A stretch of DNA of 63,013 nucleotides, the filler included, from Kipferlia bialata (taxonomy: Eukaryota): assembly GCA_003568945.1 (NCBI GenBank). It is 6 parts of 6 records of this genome, joined end to end, with 100 filler letters (N's around TTAATTAATTAA, not from the genome) between each part and the next. Parts side by side here need not be neighbours in the genome. Positions count along the whole stretch, not along the records: positions 26,143 to 39,102 come from BDIP01001006.1; positions 39,203 to 52,159 come from BDIP01001007.1; 4 more parts are not named here. One strand, 5' to 3'. Positions within the stretch are counted from its first letter, which is position 1; each line of letters starts with the position of its first letter. The notes below the pieces were generated by a model. It was not told the origin of the DNA, ran no database searches, and saw nothing but the letters and a program-made list of their open reading frames with translations. Below are positions 34,601-48,064 of this stretch, piece after piece. The translations under genes were made by a program, and so were the position numbers.

Positions 34601-37066
34601 TCTATCCCTCTTTTCCTCTCCCTCTCTCTCTCTAATACCCAGCCAATGCCCCCTCTCTCAACAAGAGTGTCAGGCACCACTTCAACAAGCTCTACTGGAT
34701 TGCAGGTATTGATCCACTCTTCCATTTCACTTTCATCTATGTATACAATCATTTTGGGTGTCATTTTTTAGTGTTATTTATTCCTTTAACAGACACAGTG
34801 GTGTTGTTTTGCATCTCACCCCCAGCCATCCTCTATGCCGTGGGTGGTGTGTGGGCTCTGGTCAGTGACAGCCCCGGATCATTCCAGGTATACAAATGAT
34901 AACATATACACAGTAACAGATCCATTGTGTATCATGCAAATTAGTTCTAGTAGAGTAGTCCCACATAATGTTGAGATATACATTCACAACTAGGGCTCCA
35001 TGTTCCTTGGCCAGATGGGTCTGATAGATGGCAAGGGGGAGTCACTCATGTTCCACACAGGTGAATGAGTGTATATATTACAATCCTATGTAGACCTATA
35101 TCTACCAACTACCTTACTTCCAGGCAACTACGAGCTGTTCCTGTGTGCCATGGAACAAGTCTATGTTCTCTATTATTAGTATATGTGTATTCAAATCTAT
35201 ATGTAAGTGTAAGCTAACCCTAGGCAACTACGAGCTGTTCCTGTGTGCCATGGAGCTTGTTGTTGTGATATTTGTCATAGACAGGGTGGACCTGAGGAAG
35301 ACACAGGAGGAGAAGGTATTGTAATGAGTATACATATGTGTGTGTGTGTGTATACATATATAAGTGTGTGTTGTATAGTTGGTAGAGTATATACGGATTT
35401 GCTGTGAGTGGTGGCGTACTACTATTGTTGGATACGACATTATATATGCCCTAAGGCCAGGACGACATACTAATAATGGTTAACAAAATTACTTTTTAGA
35501 TTATTATTGGCGTTCTTGCTGTTAATGACGTTCCTCTACTCTTAAACACGGGAATATAGTCTAATGTCAGGACGCCCTGGCCGCCAAGACCCTGTGGCTC
35601 CGTAGACTGGGGACATACTCCCTGTCCTGCTTTGTGTATGACGACATCTACTTCGGTACGAGTATCCATCCAGTCATGCATTTGTGGTGTGTGTCCCTGG
35701 TGTCATGCAATTCATCTTGTCTAGTTTTCCTCACATGTCCGATACTGGAATATACTTTACTTATGGTATATAGTATAATTTCCATATATGATGTATATTG
35801 ACCAGTAGGTGTCCCTCAGATGTGAATGAATATATATATGTGTGTATTATGCATTTATGTATAGACAATTCATACGTCATATTGACCCCAGGTGTCCTGC
35901 AGCTCATAGTATCTGTGGTTAACTGCCGATACTAGTATATATGTATACATATTACTATTCGGACAGTAGTGATAATGATACTAATCCCTAGGTCTCCTTC
36001 AGCTCCTAGCCTCTGTGTTCAACCCCACCTGTCTCAATGATAATGGACACTTGACAGAGTGCCAGGGAATCACAGGTTAGTATATATATACATACACATG
36101 TACTCATTATATATGTATTTGAGTATTTGTGTGAGAGTATGGGCAACCAGCTGTAATAGAATGCATGTTCTATACATAGACTCTGTACACACGTATGTAT
36201 GAACTGTTTTGTGTACTCCTCTCACTCCAGCCATGTTCTACTTCCTGATAGTGGGTATGGCCACTGACTGTGTGTGTATATACATATACACATATCTATT
36301 TGTACACTTGTATGCACTTACTACATACTCTAACCCCAGCCATGTTCTACTTCCTGATAGTGGGAATGGCCACCGTGTTCGGTCTCATGCATGTCTTTGA
36401 CCTGTCCCTGGGCACACTGTCCATCGACTACCCCTTGAGTGCTATCACAGGTAGGGTATTTATGTATATATAGACTACTACCCTATATGATATATATATT
36501 TATAGTCATATCACCTGCATATTTCTGTGTTTCTGGGCACACTGTCGATCGACTACCCACTCAGTGCTATCACAAGTGAGTATTAGGTTGCCAATCGGTT
36601 GTATATATCCGACCCACTCCCCCTCTAACCTACAGGCCTTGGCGCCCATGTTATGGGCTTTGCTTCTCTTTTTTCATCTACTCTTATTGTCATGGAATAC
36701 TGTGGTACTGGTAACCATCGGCTAACCGACAGGCCTTGGCGCCCACATTGTTGAGCGTGTGGTGTGGGTATATGACATGATCTGGTGGAAGAGACGCCAG
36801 GGCAAGGGGGGAGAGGCTGAGGGAGATGAGGGTACTGAGGATCCTAGGCCCAAGATTGGCGGTCCAACCCTGTACAAGAGGTATACTATGATGATATGTT
36901 AACAACACTCATATTCTGAATACTTCCAATATATGTCCATAACAGTATCCTCACAATCAGGGTCAGACCAGGCATGGACAAGAACCACAACAACATCACT
37001 GTCCTGTCTCTAGTGGCCAAGGACCCCGACCAGGAGGAAGGCGGAAAGGCAGGGACGACAGTCTAA
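31696..37066 (+). CDS. Polytopic membrane protein with weak resemblance to the DUF418/HGSNAT-like C-terminus
   Basis: Spliced ...HAVK|PLIPDVLTYVFVWLGLSIILLWSNWLEAFWN|GFQSMNPLG..., many hydrophobic segments, LRRLGTYSLSCFVYD, ending ...GKAGTTV-TAA at 37064-37066. Synonymous changes in the intronic copies support this frame. Family assignment is tentative. Confidence 0.6.
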
Positions 37067-37617
37067 GCCAATGGTTACATAGTCCAATAGCTGATAGTAG
37101 AAGGTTCTACCTTATCTGTCCTTCTATTGCTATTGAGATTTAGAGTTAGAGGTATTTGAATTAGAAGTTAGTGGGTTTGCATTGTAGCATTCGTTCTTGC
37201 GGCATCTGCCGCATTGTGTATAAATATAGTGTCTTGGTGGTTCAGGAAGTGGAGTATGGAACGTCCTGTGTTGAGTCTGAAGATTCCTTATCTACTTGAT
37301 TAGTCCTGTGTTGCCCCTGGACAGGTGGTGGGATTTTGATAATGCGTTGAGACTAGAGGGTATAGCCCCTATGTAAGACAGGATGTCTTCTGGACACTGA
37401 TACTCTGATAAGATAGAAATATCCAATGGATGTGTTACCTTGACTCTTCTAAAATGTCACTTCTGAAGGAATAGTGATGTGTATAGTCATCTATACTAGT
37501 ATCTCCTAGGAGGAGGACTCTAGGCTTATGAAGCATCCTCATAATGGAGATATTCTACAATATTATTAAGAGATTGTGGCTGTGACACTGACATTGAGAT
37601 CATCTGAATTAGATGGC

Positions 37618-38397
37618 TCAGTCCGCATCTGAGAACCTCTGGAAGAGTGCTGGATCCAGCGCCACCACCAACACTCTCTGCCCCTGTACCACTAGCATAG
37701 TGGTGGGGTTGAGCATGCTGGCGGATGTAACGATGTCGGAGAAGGGGAGAGGAACAGAGAGTGCGGCCTCACCAGACACTCTGTCATACATATACACCTT
37801 GGCCACCAATGGACTAGCTGCGCTGGGTCTCTCTCTCCGAAACAGACAGATATACGGCCCTATATCAACCTCGGCGGAAGGATTACCGTCTGGATACACC
37901 ATGCTTGGGTACAACACCGGTTCCGTATACCATCTTGGGGAAATGCCAGGGAGACTTGGAGTGATAGAGACCACGTGCGACTTACTGAAAGTCATCGCAG
38001 AGTCTCCCAAGGCCACCATACAGCTATGCCTAACTGTCCTACAATCTGGTATACTACCCTCAGGAAACTCCCATATCTCCCCCGTCCCTCCTCGCAAGTC
38101 CTGGACCCACAAATGAGTGGGCAAACGAAAGAGGTCAGTAACTCTATGTCCATCTGTGGTATACTCCATGATCCCACGTAATAGCAGTAGCTTACCGGAG
38201 ACAACCCCTGCCTGGTAATGGATTATTGGATCCGGAAATAGTCTACCACTGCTCGGTTTGAGTTCTTCTATCTCCCCAGAACTGTTGTCATAGATATACA
38301 CCTCCATAGAGACAGGTGTGATTACTCGATCACCATTTTCTCTCATGTCAGGAATCAAACATACTCGGGTAATTACCGTCAGGCTATTCCATCTCAT
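37618..38397 (-). CDS. Intronless 259-aa divergent kelch/beta-propeller-like protein
   Basis: Uninterrupted ORF with repeated strand motifs (VYIYDNSSGE, GVVSGKLLLL, IGPYICLF, VYMYDRVSGE, ASMLNPTTMLVV). Confidence 0.6.
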   Translation of the reverse strand: MRWNSLTVITRVCLIPDMRENGDRVITPVSMEVYIYDNSSGEIEELKPSSGRLFPDPIIHYQAGVVSGKLLLLRGIMEYTTDGHRVTDLFRLPTHLWVQDLRGGTGEIWEFPEGSIPDCRTVRHSCMVALGDSAMTFSKSHVVSITPSLPGISPRWYTEPVLYPSMVYPDGNPSAEVDIGPYICLFRRERPSAASPLVAKVYMYDRVSGEAALSVPLPFSDIVTSASMLNPTTMLVVQGQRVLVVALDPALFQRFSDAD

Positions 38398-39102
38398 TAG
38401 TGTCGAGGTCCAGACTCCTGGGGGTTTGCAAATGTGGTATGGTATTCAGTACACTTCGTAACCAAGTAGTTGTAGTGTACCGCAGTATTGGAGAGACTCT
38501 TTCAAGGAGAGTTCCTAGTTTCATTGAATATACAATAGTGTCTTACCACCTAAAAAGTCCTTGGTTAGGACATATGTGTCACAGTTACTACTGTATGGGG
38601 ACAATACTACAGAATGTATATTAATCAATCATAACAATTCTTACCTGTCTTACTCTCCAGTATAGTTCCTTGTGATATCACTTCTAGCGTGTCGGGATCC
38701 AGTGTGAATCTGGGTCACTTAGAGATTCCATAGAGACAAATATTCTTAAGTAGGCTAAGGACTCTCTAGTAGAGAGAGAAGAGTAGTCATTATTTGACTT
38801 TGTTCTTTGAATTCATAGTTCTGTTGAATAGTATACAATTGTATGTTACAATATAATAATCAGAATGCAAAACTCTAGACAGTGTACAAACACTCTAGCA
38901 AACCGACGTGGCGCAACATATACTGTATTATAAACACTGTTATGCACATACTACTACCTACATATACTTTGTATATGTACTATATCCTTACATATATAAA
39001 TGCAAATTGAACTCTTTTATAACGGCTATATTTACAGGTGGAAACCAGGTTCTCGATGCAATAATCAACACTGGCTGATATATACATGTGTTTTTGGCAA
39101 GG

Positions 39103-39202
39103 NNNNNNNNNNNNNNNNNNNNNNNNNNNNNNNNNNNNNNNNNNNNTTAATTAATTAANNNNNNNNNNNNNNNNNNNNNNNNNNNNNNNNNNNNNNNNNN
39201 NN
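39103..39202. other. Artificial contig linker
   Basis: TTAATTAATTAA at 39147-39158 inside an N block. Confidence 0.97.
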
Positions 39203-39265
39203 GGGTGTGTGAAAATAAATACCCCCCCCCCCCCCCCCTTCCCGACTCCCCCTCTCACCCATCAG

Positions 39266-42200
39266 TCCTCCAACTCCTATGAGTTTGGCCAGATGACCCC
39301 CACCTCCATACCCAAGAGAGAGGTAATGCCCCAGCCACGGAGGGGGCAGTCCAGCATGGCACAGAGCATGGACAGGTGTGGAGTGTTATATAGTATAGAT
39401 GTATGTGTTGCAGGGTGGATTCATATTCCTGTGTGTCTATCTCAACACCACTCTCCTCACTGCAGGATTGTTGACACCCTCCTAGACGATGAGGGGTGTG
39501 GCACCTCTCCCTCTGCCGGGGGACTACCCGCTGTGGCTGAGCACCCAGGCAGTGGCATGGCCAGGGAGAGAGGGTCCAGAGGGCTGCCAGGTACGTAACA
39601 CTTATACTTATATATGTACAAATGTATAGATCCCACTGTGTGTCTGACCCGCCCCCTGATGCCGCAGGAGACGTATACCTGGCCTGTGATGACTGTGATG
39701 AATCAGAGAGCAGTGGGGATGTGGAGAGGGCCAGGTCCAGGGGCAACACTCCCAAGGGCCCCCCTCCCTCTGCCCCCTGGGGTGTGGACAGAGCCAGGGT
39801 CAGGGGGACCCACCCCAGGGGCCTGCCCCCCAGAGACACCAGCTCCTATGCAGGTGCAGCCAGTCCCAACCCATCCCGGGCATACAGAGAGGGCAAGGCG
39901 GCCCTGCCCCCCCACCCCACGCAGCGTCTGCCGGCCCCTGCCAATCTGACTGGGAGCACCCTCATGTCGATGCGGGACTCTGCACACGTGGCCACCATAG
40001 GGAAGAGGCAGATCAGCTGGTGCGGGTCCACCCTGCCTGGCGTGCCCCCCAAGCCCAGTGCAGGTGGGGACAGGTGCCAGTGTGCACGCACCCGGCTTGG
40101 CAGGGAGTGCCAGGATGGACGGGAGGCAAGGGGGGAGAGGGACGGTAAGGGACCCTGCCCCTGTGCCGGTGCGTCCTCTGCATCCAGGACACGCTCACCC
40201 ACCATATCCAGCTCATCGTCCAGGTGGGTCACTGCATTCATATATATGTGTATGTGTATATGTATGTATATGTGTGTATATACTGCCCCCCCACCCCAGT
40301 TCATCCGACTTCAAGAGGTCTGACGTGTCTGACAGTGACAGCAGTGACATGCCTAGACCTAGGCCGAGGGTCGCATCTACTGGTCACGAGAGCAGTGCTG
40401 AGTCGTCGGAGTATGGCAGTCCCCAGGGGCCCAACTCATCAGGGTGTGCACCCCTGAAGCTCTCCATCCCAGGTGTATTCGATATTTACATTATGATACT
40501 GATTCATGTCGTGTAGATGTTGATATATGTATATACTGACCCAGGCCAGCACCGCGGCAGGGGCCACTCCGACTCTGACCACGAGGGGGAGAGAGAGGGC
40601 GAGGGGTCTGAGTCTGGGCTGTGGCAGAGGCGGCACTCCCAGTCAGACCAGTCGCACTCGGGGTACAGCGCCGGGGGGGCATTCGGCCACTCTGCGGCAT
40701 CGATGAGAGATGCACAGAGGGAGAGGGAGAGAGAGAGGCTGGCAGACATGGACAGGCGCCACGGCACCCGCACCTCCACCCCCCCTGTGTCTGAGTCCAT
40801 AGGCATCAAGGGGAGAGGCAAGGCTCAGTCTCTGCACCTGGACTCCAGCATAGGCACCGACTCCAGCGGGTCTGTGCTCAGGGTGTCAGGGCCATACGAG
40901 TTTGGGACACCTAACCTCACGGCCAAGGCAGAGGCGCAGTCCAAGTCTAAGTCCAAGTCCAAGTCCAGCGCAGACACTTCCTGGGAGGTACAGTGTGTAT
41001 GTGTAGAGGTCATATAATGAAGTGCTCTCGATGCACCCCCCCCCCCCACCCCAGGACATCCTGTCTGGCATGGCGGGTATACAGGAGGCAGAGGCCAGGC
41101 AGGCAGAGCAGGAGAAGGCAGAGTACTCCAACGCCCTGCTGCACCTGAGAGATGGTCTGGGGCCCTCCCCCGGCCCACCATCCAGCGCAAGAGGCAGGAA
41201 CCACTCTTCCGACAGGGCGTCTGGGTCCATCCCCCACAGGACGTACTCCTACCCCAACGCCCACCTCGGCGATGACTTGAAGGGCAGGGGGGACAGGAGG
41301 GGGTCTCAGTCCGAGCACTCCTCCTCTCTCTCCCAGTCCTGCCCCGGGTCTCTGCAGTGTCCAGACTCCAGACAGAACACAGAGTCCAGCGGGGACTTCT
41401 GTCCATCACCCAGGGCTCAGGTGTGTATTGATGTTGTGTGATGGTCTAGTCCCCCCCCCCCCTCCCCCCCTTCCCTACCCTCTCACCCCAGGCTGCAGCT
41501 GCGAGGCGTGCCCTCGAGGCTGAGGCCGAACATGCCCAGACGGTGCAGCTGACCTTTGGGCCTGGGACCGTGACCAAGAGTGGCCAGGCAGGGCTGTCGG
41601 AGAGTGTGGCCAGAAAGATCCTGCCCAGGAGTGTGCTGGCCCAGAACATACACGACGCCATGCACCTCTACAAGGTGTGTGGTCATAGCGGTGTATGTAC
41701 AGTCTACTATGGTCTCACTCTCACCCCAGGGAAAGACCCGTATCCGCAGGGGGGAGAGAGAGAGGGCCATCGAGGCCCAGAAGTATGACCTGAGCCACAG
41801 GGACAGGACCCCCTACGAGAGGAGGATGGATGACATACTGGTGGCCATCTCAGCTGGGCCCAACCTGAAGTCCCCCAACCTCAGGATAGGATGGGGGGGC
41901 AGCACCGCCCTGAAGGTGCTGGGGAAGGCGGTGTGGGGCCTCCTACCCGCCACGCTGCTCTCCCTCTTTGCCTTCAGTGAGGTGACAACAGCGGCCATCA
42001 TAGCGACGGGGGCAGCCCTGCTGGTGGGCCTCACCATCCTGGCGGTCTACCTCATACACATATCGGTGCGGCCCATCATGTTCATATTCGCCCAAACATG
42101 TATCTTACCCAGTGTCTTTGCCTGAAGGTCTTTACCTTCCCCTGTCCGTGTTATAGTTGTCCACTCACCCTCACCCTCAGATGCGCTCTCTGACCCCTGC

Positions 42201-43877
42201 CCCTGGCAAGCTGTGTGCCTCCCACCTCCTGACTTCCTGGGACTTCCAGCTCCCCACCCACCAGTCCGTGCGGGAGGCACAGGGGTTTATGAGGTGTGTA
42301 TATATTCCATGTATGACCCTTGAGTGAATGTGACATGTACACATGTATGTCTCTCCGGCCCTCACCCTAGGATGCGGGGCCGTATCCTAGCTCGGACATA
42401 CCAGTCCAGACATCAGAAGCATGTCCACGCCATGTCCAAGTACCTGCTCCCCGTGTGTGTGGGTGTGAGTGGCCTCATAGGGATGGGTCTGTCCTACATC
42501 AGTCAGACCCCGGCCATGGTGAACAGACACACACTGATGGGGGTCATCACAGCCACAGTATACACACTCATACCATTCGGTATATCCATGGTACACTCCC
42601 AGGTGGGGGTGGCTGATGACCTAACCCTCTCTCTCTCGCTCTCTCTCTTCCTCACCCTAGGTCACAGGCTTTGCCCCCTGTGGAGCTGTTGCGGCAGGTG
42701 GCTTCTGTGGGGGTCTCGCCATCATCATGCCCATCATATCCCATGCCATATACCTCACAGGGGGGGTACAGATGGAGGAGGGAGAGCTGCTCGAGTCCGT
42801 GTTGTTCTCGCTGTGCTACGTCCCGCCCATTGTAATTTTCCTGGTGCGGGGTGTCATACTCGCTGGCTTGTCACGCCTTGTCACCTTCATCAGAGAGGGC
42901 CCAGGGGCCACCACTGAGTGCCGCCTTGCCTTCCCCACCCAGCCCATGTGTGCCCTGACCTGTCTAGCCGTGCCCCTGTCCGTGGTCTCGGCTCTTGAGT
43001 TCACCAACCTCTTTGCCTTTGTATGGGCACCCCCGGTCCTGGTCCCAGTGGCATGCAAGCTGGCATTCAAGCTGATTGGCGGGACAGGGTTTGCAGGCAG
43101 CCCAACGACAGGTACAGTTGTCACTGTCAATGTCATGTATAGCATTATTGGATTATGTGAATACCAATAGGGTCTTTATGTGTCACTGACCCCAGTTGTG
43201 CGCACCAGCGCTCTGCTCCTGGCCGTTGCATGTCTTATGTCGGTGGAGGTACGGTACCTCTGTCCCTCTATCTCTCTCTCCCTCTCTGTCACTCTCTCTA
43301 CCTGCCCCCCCCGACCCCAGTGCATACTGTACGAGGCCCAGGTCCCCTCCACCCTGCTGGAGGGCAGGTCCTTCTGGGAGCACATCGAGGTGGGGCATGT
43401 CTATAACGGGTGTGCGTACCTCTCTCCCCTCCACACTCCCACCCCCTCCTCGCCTCTCCCTCACCCCAGCACACCCTGGGTGGGGACGACGGTGTCATCA
43501 ACATCCTGACAGAGGTGAGTCAGTGCCTAGCCGTGCGATGGTTGGGTGTAGTCTATGCACTAGTACTATATTATTACTGGTGTTATATTTACAACTATAT
43601 AGCCCCCGTCCCACCCTGATAGTGTAGGTTGTGTACTCTGGCATGGTAGTGCTGATAGTGGGCCTGTTCATGTGCTACCAGCTGACCGGAATGGTCAGGG
43701 AGAGGCGGAAGGTAGGGATGCAGCTGATTATACACTAGGTATACGCATCGTTACCCTCCTTCCCTCTCTTACCCCTAGGTCATGGATCTCTACAGCCAGA
43801 TAGACGACGAGATGTGCAAGGCCCGGCTCTACGCCATGGTCGGCATCACTCGCAGGGCACCCACCCCAGACAAGTAG
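39266..43877 (+). CDS. Long disordered N-terminus plus multi-TM domain; divergent transmembrane channel-like (TMC) candidate, 5' partial
   Basis: In-frame exons with IGWGGSTALKVLGKAVWGLL, LLTSWDFQL (compare the TMC FTSWDY motif) and several TM helices. A final TM is followed by a charged helix (VVLIVGLFMCYQLTGMVRERRKVMDLYSQ). Stop TAG at 43875-43877. Confidence 0.5.
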
Positions 43878-44663
43878 GGGTGCATCCTTATAGTGCCCAT
43901 ACTTATAGGCTAGATATAGGCCACTTTGTAGTCGACTACTGCACACTAGTTAGCGGGTGTGTATTGCGTCAGGTTTACTAGTGGGAGAATAGCCCCCAAG
44001 CCTCTATGTTAGGCCCAATTCCTACGGCTCTCCTTAGTGTAGCAATATATGCTACTGTTATACTTCCTTTTCAGATGAATAGATCAACAAACGGAGTACC
44101 CTCTCTACTCTCACTGTCTATATACTAACATCCTCTATTCAACCTTCTATGCTGTCTCCTCCTCCTCCTCGTAGACCCAGGACTGGATGCCTGAGGGTCA
44201 AGGGGAGGGGGGGGGGGGGGGGAGGGGGGGTGAATGAACTAATTGGAGACAANNNNNNNNNNNNNNNNNNNNNNNNNNNNNNNNNNNNNNNNNNNNNNNN
44301 NNNNNNNNNNNNNNNNNNNNNNNNNNNNNNNNNNNNNNNNNNNNNNNNNNNNNNNNNNNNNNNNNNNNNNNNNNNNNNNNNNNNNNNNNNNNNNNNNNNN
44401 NNNNNNNNNNNNNNNNNNNNNNNNNNNNNNNNNNNNNNNNNNNNNNNNNNNNNNNNNNNNNNNNNNNNNNNNNNNNNNNNNNNNNNNNNNNNNNNNNNNN
44501 NNNNNNNNNNNNNNNNNNNNNNNNNNNNNNNNNNNNNNNNNNNNNNNNNNNNNNNNNNNNNNNNNNNNNNNNNNNNNNNNNNNNNNNNNNNNNNNNNNNN
44601 NNNNNNNNNNNNNNNNNNNNNNNNNNNNNNNNNNNNNNNNNNNNCCTTTTTGGGGGACAACTT

Positions 44664-44701
<38 letters not shown>

Positions 44702-44753
44702 TATACCTACCAAAACATACCTCAATTCCATCTCTCACAACCAGTCAGTTGGT

Positions 44754-47700
44754 ATGACAGAAACCCGAGAATCCGTCTTCGAGTGTATCTCAACAGCGAG
44801 GGGTCCTGGGGGCTTCTACACCTTCACCCTACCAGCTCAGTGTGAGACTGGATGCACGGCCCTTACAGTGATCTCCAACCGCTATAGAAAGGTATCAGTG
44901 TCAGTATATAGTATGGTATATATATACTTATGCTGATACTGATATAGTATAATGAATCCAATGCTGAGACTGATGCTAATGCTGGTATAGTATGGTGTAT
45001 ACAATACTGAGACTGAGACTGAGACTGATACACAGGACCTGCCCCCCACTCACGACGGCAAGGGGTGGTCGCTTGCACGTATACTCGTGGACAGTGACAA
45101 TTCCACTGGCGAGCCTCGTATCGTGCCTGGAGATTGGCTTCCTGACCACGACAGGGCGGAAAAAGGTATCAGTGAATGCAAGATTTTTGGTCTCTATATA
45201 TTTGTTGATTCAATCATTGTCTGATAGTCTCAGATACCCTCCTGAACCAACTAAGTGGGCCTAGCCGTGGAACCACATATATTGGCAACACCGTGGCCAC
45301 ATGGGTCGTGGGGCCATGTGTGTACTGTTTCTGCTACGGAGACCAGGTATCAATACTACTGGGATATGGTCAAAAGTTAGTATATACCACATACATGGCA
45401 TGAATACACTGGGAGAGAGACAAATAGAGATTATTCTGCAATGGTGATCAGGTATAGTACCTAGGTAGAATAATACATTATCCGATTCCCATTATCTCCC
45501 TCCATATATCACTATACATGTACACTTAGCCTATGGGTCATAAGATATTGCACCCCGTATCAATGGATACTCCTGTCTCTCTCCCACCCATTTTTACCAC
45601 CTGATGATGCATATTCTCTCTCTTGGCGACCATGTGTGCAATGCGTATTCAGACTGACATTTCTTTCTTAAGATTCCGCTCCTACAAGACACTCAACCCA
45701 CCCTCTAACATACGTAGATGATGCACATTCTGTCCCTTGACGACCATGTGTGGAGGGATGTCCCAATGAAGGCAGGTATGTGAACAATGATAGGAAGCAT
45801 GATACAGAGAGGGGGGAGAGACAGACACACTATGACAAACTAATATATCATATAGAGTCAATTGACTATATGTGGATGGTAATATATGTCCCAATGACGG
45901 CAGGTGTGTGTACACCAATAGCTAATATGATAATCAGGGGGGGAAAGACAGATAGACAATGACATACTTCTACTTCTCTAGAGTGGTATGGAAATGTCTG
46001 GATTATAGTATATGGCGTAATGTATTATAGTACTATACATGTATAGTGTATAGTGTATATTGTATACGCTTATAAATATCCCATGGCTGTCCTTAATCAG
46101 CAGAGGGCCTGGATCCGGGATACATGAATGTCACGTGTGTCCTGGAGGGCAAGCCGGTTCTCTACGGAGGTATGACTACTGTAGACAGTGTATAGACTCT
46201 ATAGGCAGATGCCGTGATATGGGTGAGAGAGAGAAATCTGACTCTGTACCTTTGGACACATCGGACGTCCCTCTCACTTTCCAATGTCTTGTTTTGTTCA
46301 TGTATATGCAAATGACTCTGACTATCTCAGTGAGACAGTCAGAGGTGAGATTCTCACCCTTCACGTCTCTCCTTCCACATTTACATCCACATGTCTATAC
46401 ATATGAACACATGTCTGAGTCTAACTATCCGGGGACCCCCATTCCCGAGAGCGACAAGCTCCGTGATCCCTGGAGAGAGCAGGTATAAGTATCAGTATCA
46501 ACATATATGAGCAGGTAACACACCGTTAGGGCTCTAATATATATTGGCATATAGAGGTGTATTGATTGACATGTTTATGCGTACCCCTGCAGCGAGCAGG
46601 TAACCATCTCTATCTGGGCAAATATGCTATATCGTATTGTATCTTGTGTAGCATTGAAGTTTCTCTCTCACACCACATGTTTCTATGAGTGCGTATATAT
46701 GTATGTAGGAGTGTGTATAATGTATATATGCCTAACAGTGTATATACATTAGTATTATATGTATATATTTATATACACTAATGGTATATATATGTGATAG
46801 TAGATATCTATTTCGAATACTATATTACTAGGACCTATTAATATAGATATACTAATGTACCACTGACCCAGGTCAGTGGCAGAGACGACTCCTATCGCAT
46901 GTGGGTCTTTGACCCAGAGAGAGAGCAGGAGGGGTGGAAGGTAATGTGCAAGGATAGTATTGATATTATATGTAAATTAGTGTATTGAGGAAAGAGAAAG
47001 AGATAGGGGAGAGAGAGAGTATGGCGGTGGAATATGTTCATCAGCTACCTATGCTACCACTATAACACACATATAACCTCAGATAGTAGTGTCGAGTGTG
47101 TATTCTAGAAATCTAACGCTACCCTTCAGCGCCTGACCTCTCCTGTTCCAACACTATACATTACAACTACACATGCATAGACGCTATAGCTACCTCTCGT
47201 GTATGTATCCTGTGTCATCCCCTCACATCTTCAGTGCCTGTCCTGTCCTGTTCCCAAGCTAGGTGTCTCGTCCCTCTGTGCCATAGGAGACACCATCTAC
47301 GGAGTGACAAAGGAAGGTAAGTGTCAACCTGTGCTCTTGGAAAGACAGCCGATGGGACGAGTACTCAGTTAGGGTTCTAGCTATATATGTGTTCCCTCTC
47401 ATCCCCGTAGGTATGTGCACCTTCACTCTGAGTGCTGGCTGGTCAGGGGGAGACGGCACCATGGTCTTCACGAGACAGCAGAGAAGCTCCAGGTGCACTC
47501 CAATCGTGGATAGATACATACTCTACCATCGAGTGTTAGAGTTTGTTAGTTACAGCTACTCGCTGGGGGGCAATACGCCCAACACCTACCACTATGTTGC
47601 CTACGACACCCTGACTGGAAAGTGGCATGATTGTGGTATCTGCCCCTTCGGCATTGCATCCTATGACTCGGCTACTGACACACTTCTATATGCCCAGAGG

Positions 47701-47820
47701 GATACATGGAAGCTCTATCAGCTGAAGGAGAGAGAGAGAGACAGAGATCTTGGGCAGGGATGGGACATTGACACAACTATTGAGCAGGCACCTCTTCTCA
47801 AGATCCTGCAGCAGCACTGA
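44754..47820 (+). CDS. Multi-exon hypothetical protein with divergent kelch-like character
   Basis: Exons MTETRESVFECIST..., ...TWVVGPCVYCFCYGDQ, ...RMWVFDPEREQEGWK, and last exon ...YVAYDTLTGKWHDCG...LLKILQQH*. Internal exon chain not fully resolved. Confidence 0.45.
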
Positions 47821-48064
47821 TGTGCTGTAAATGTTACAGTGTAAACAATCAATATATAGAGATCAAAGCACTACTTGAGGTGTTTGTATATTCTATACTC
47901 AAGTGAGTCTTGGACAATACCCCTTCAGTTCGTGTGTGCTATCTATAGTAAAACACTACTTATGATCTAAGGCGAGTACCATCAGTGGCATCACTAATTC
48001 TATATTCTGGGTAGATCAAGCAGATATACCCGTAGATTCTCTCTCCAGCTGTCTTTACTGTTTC

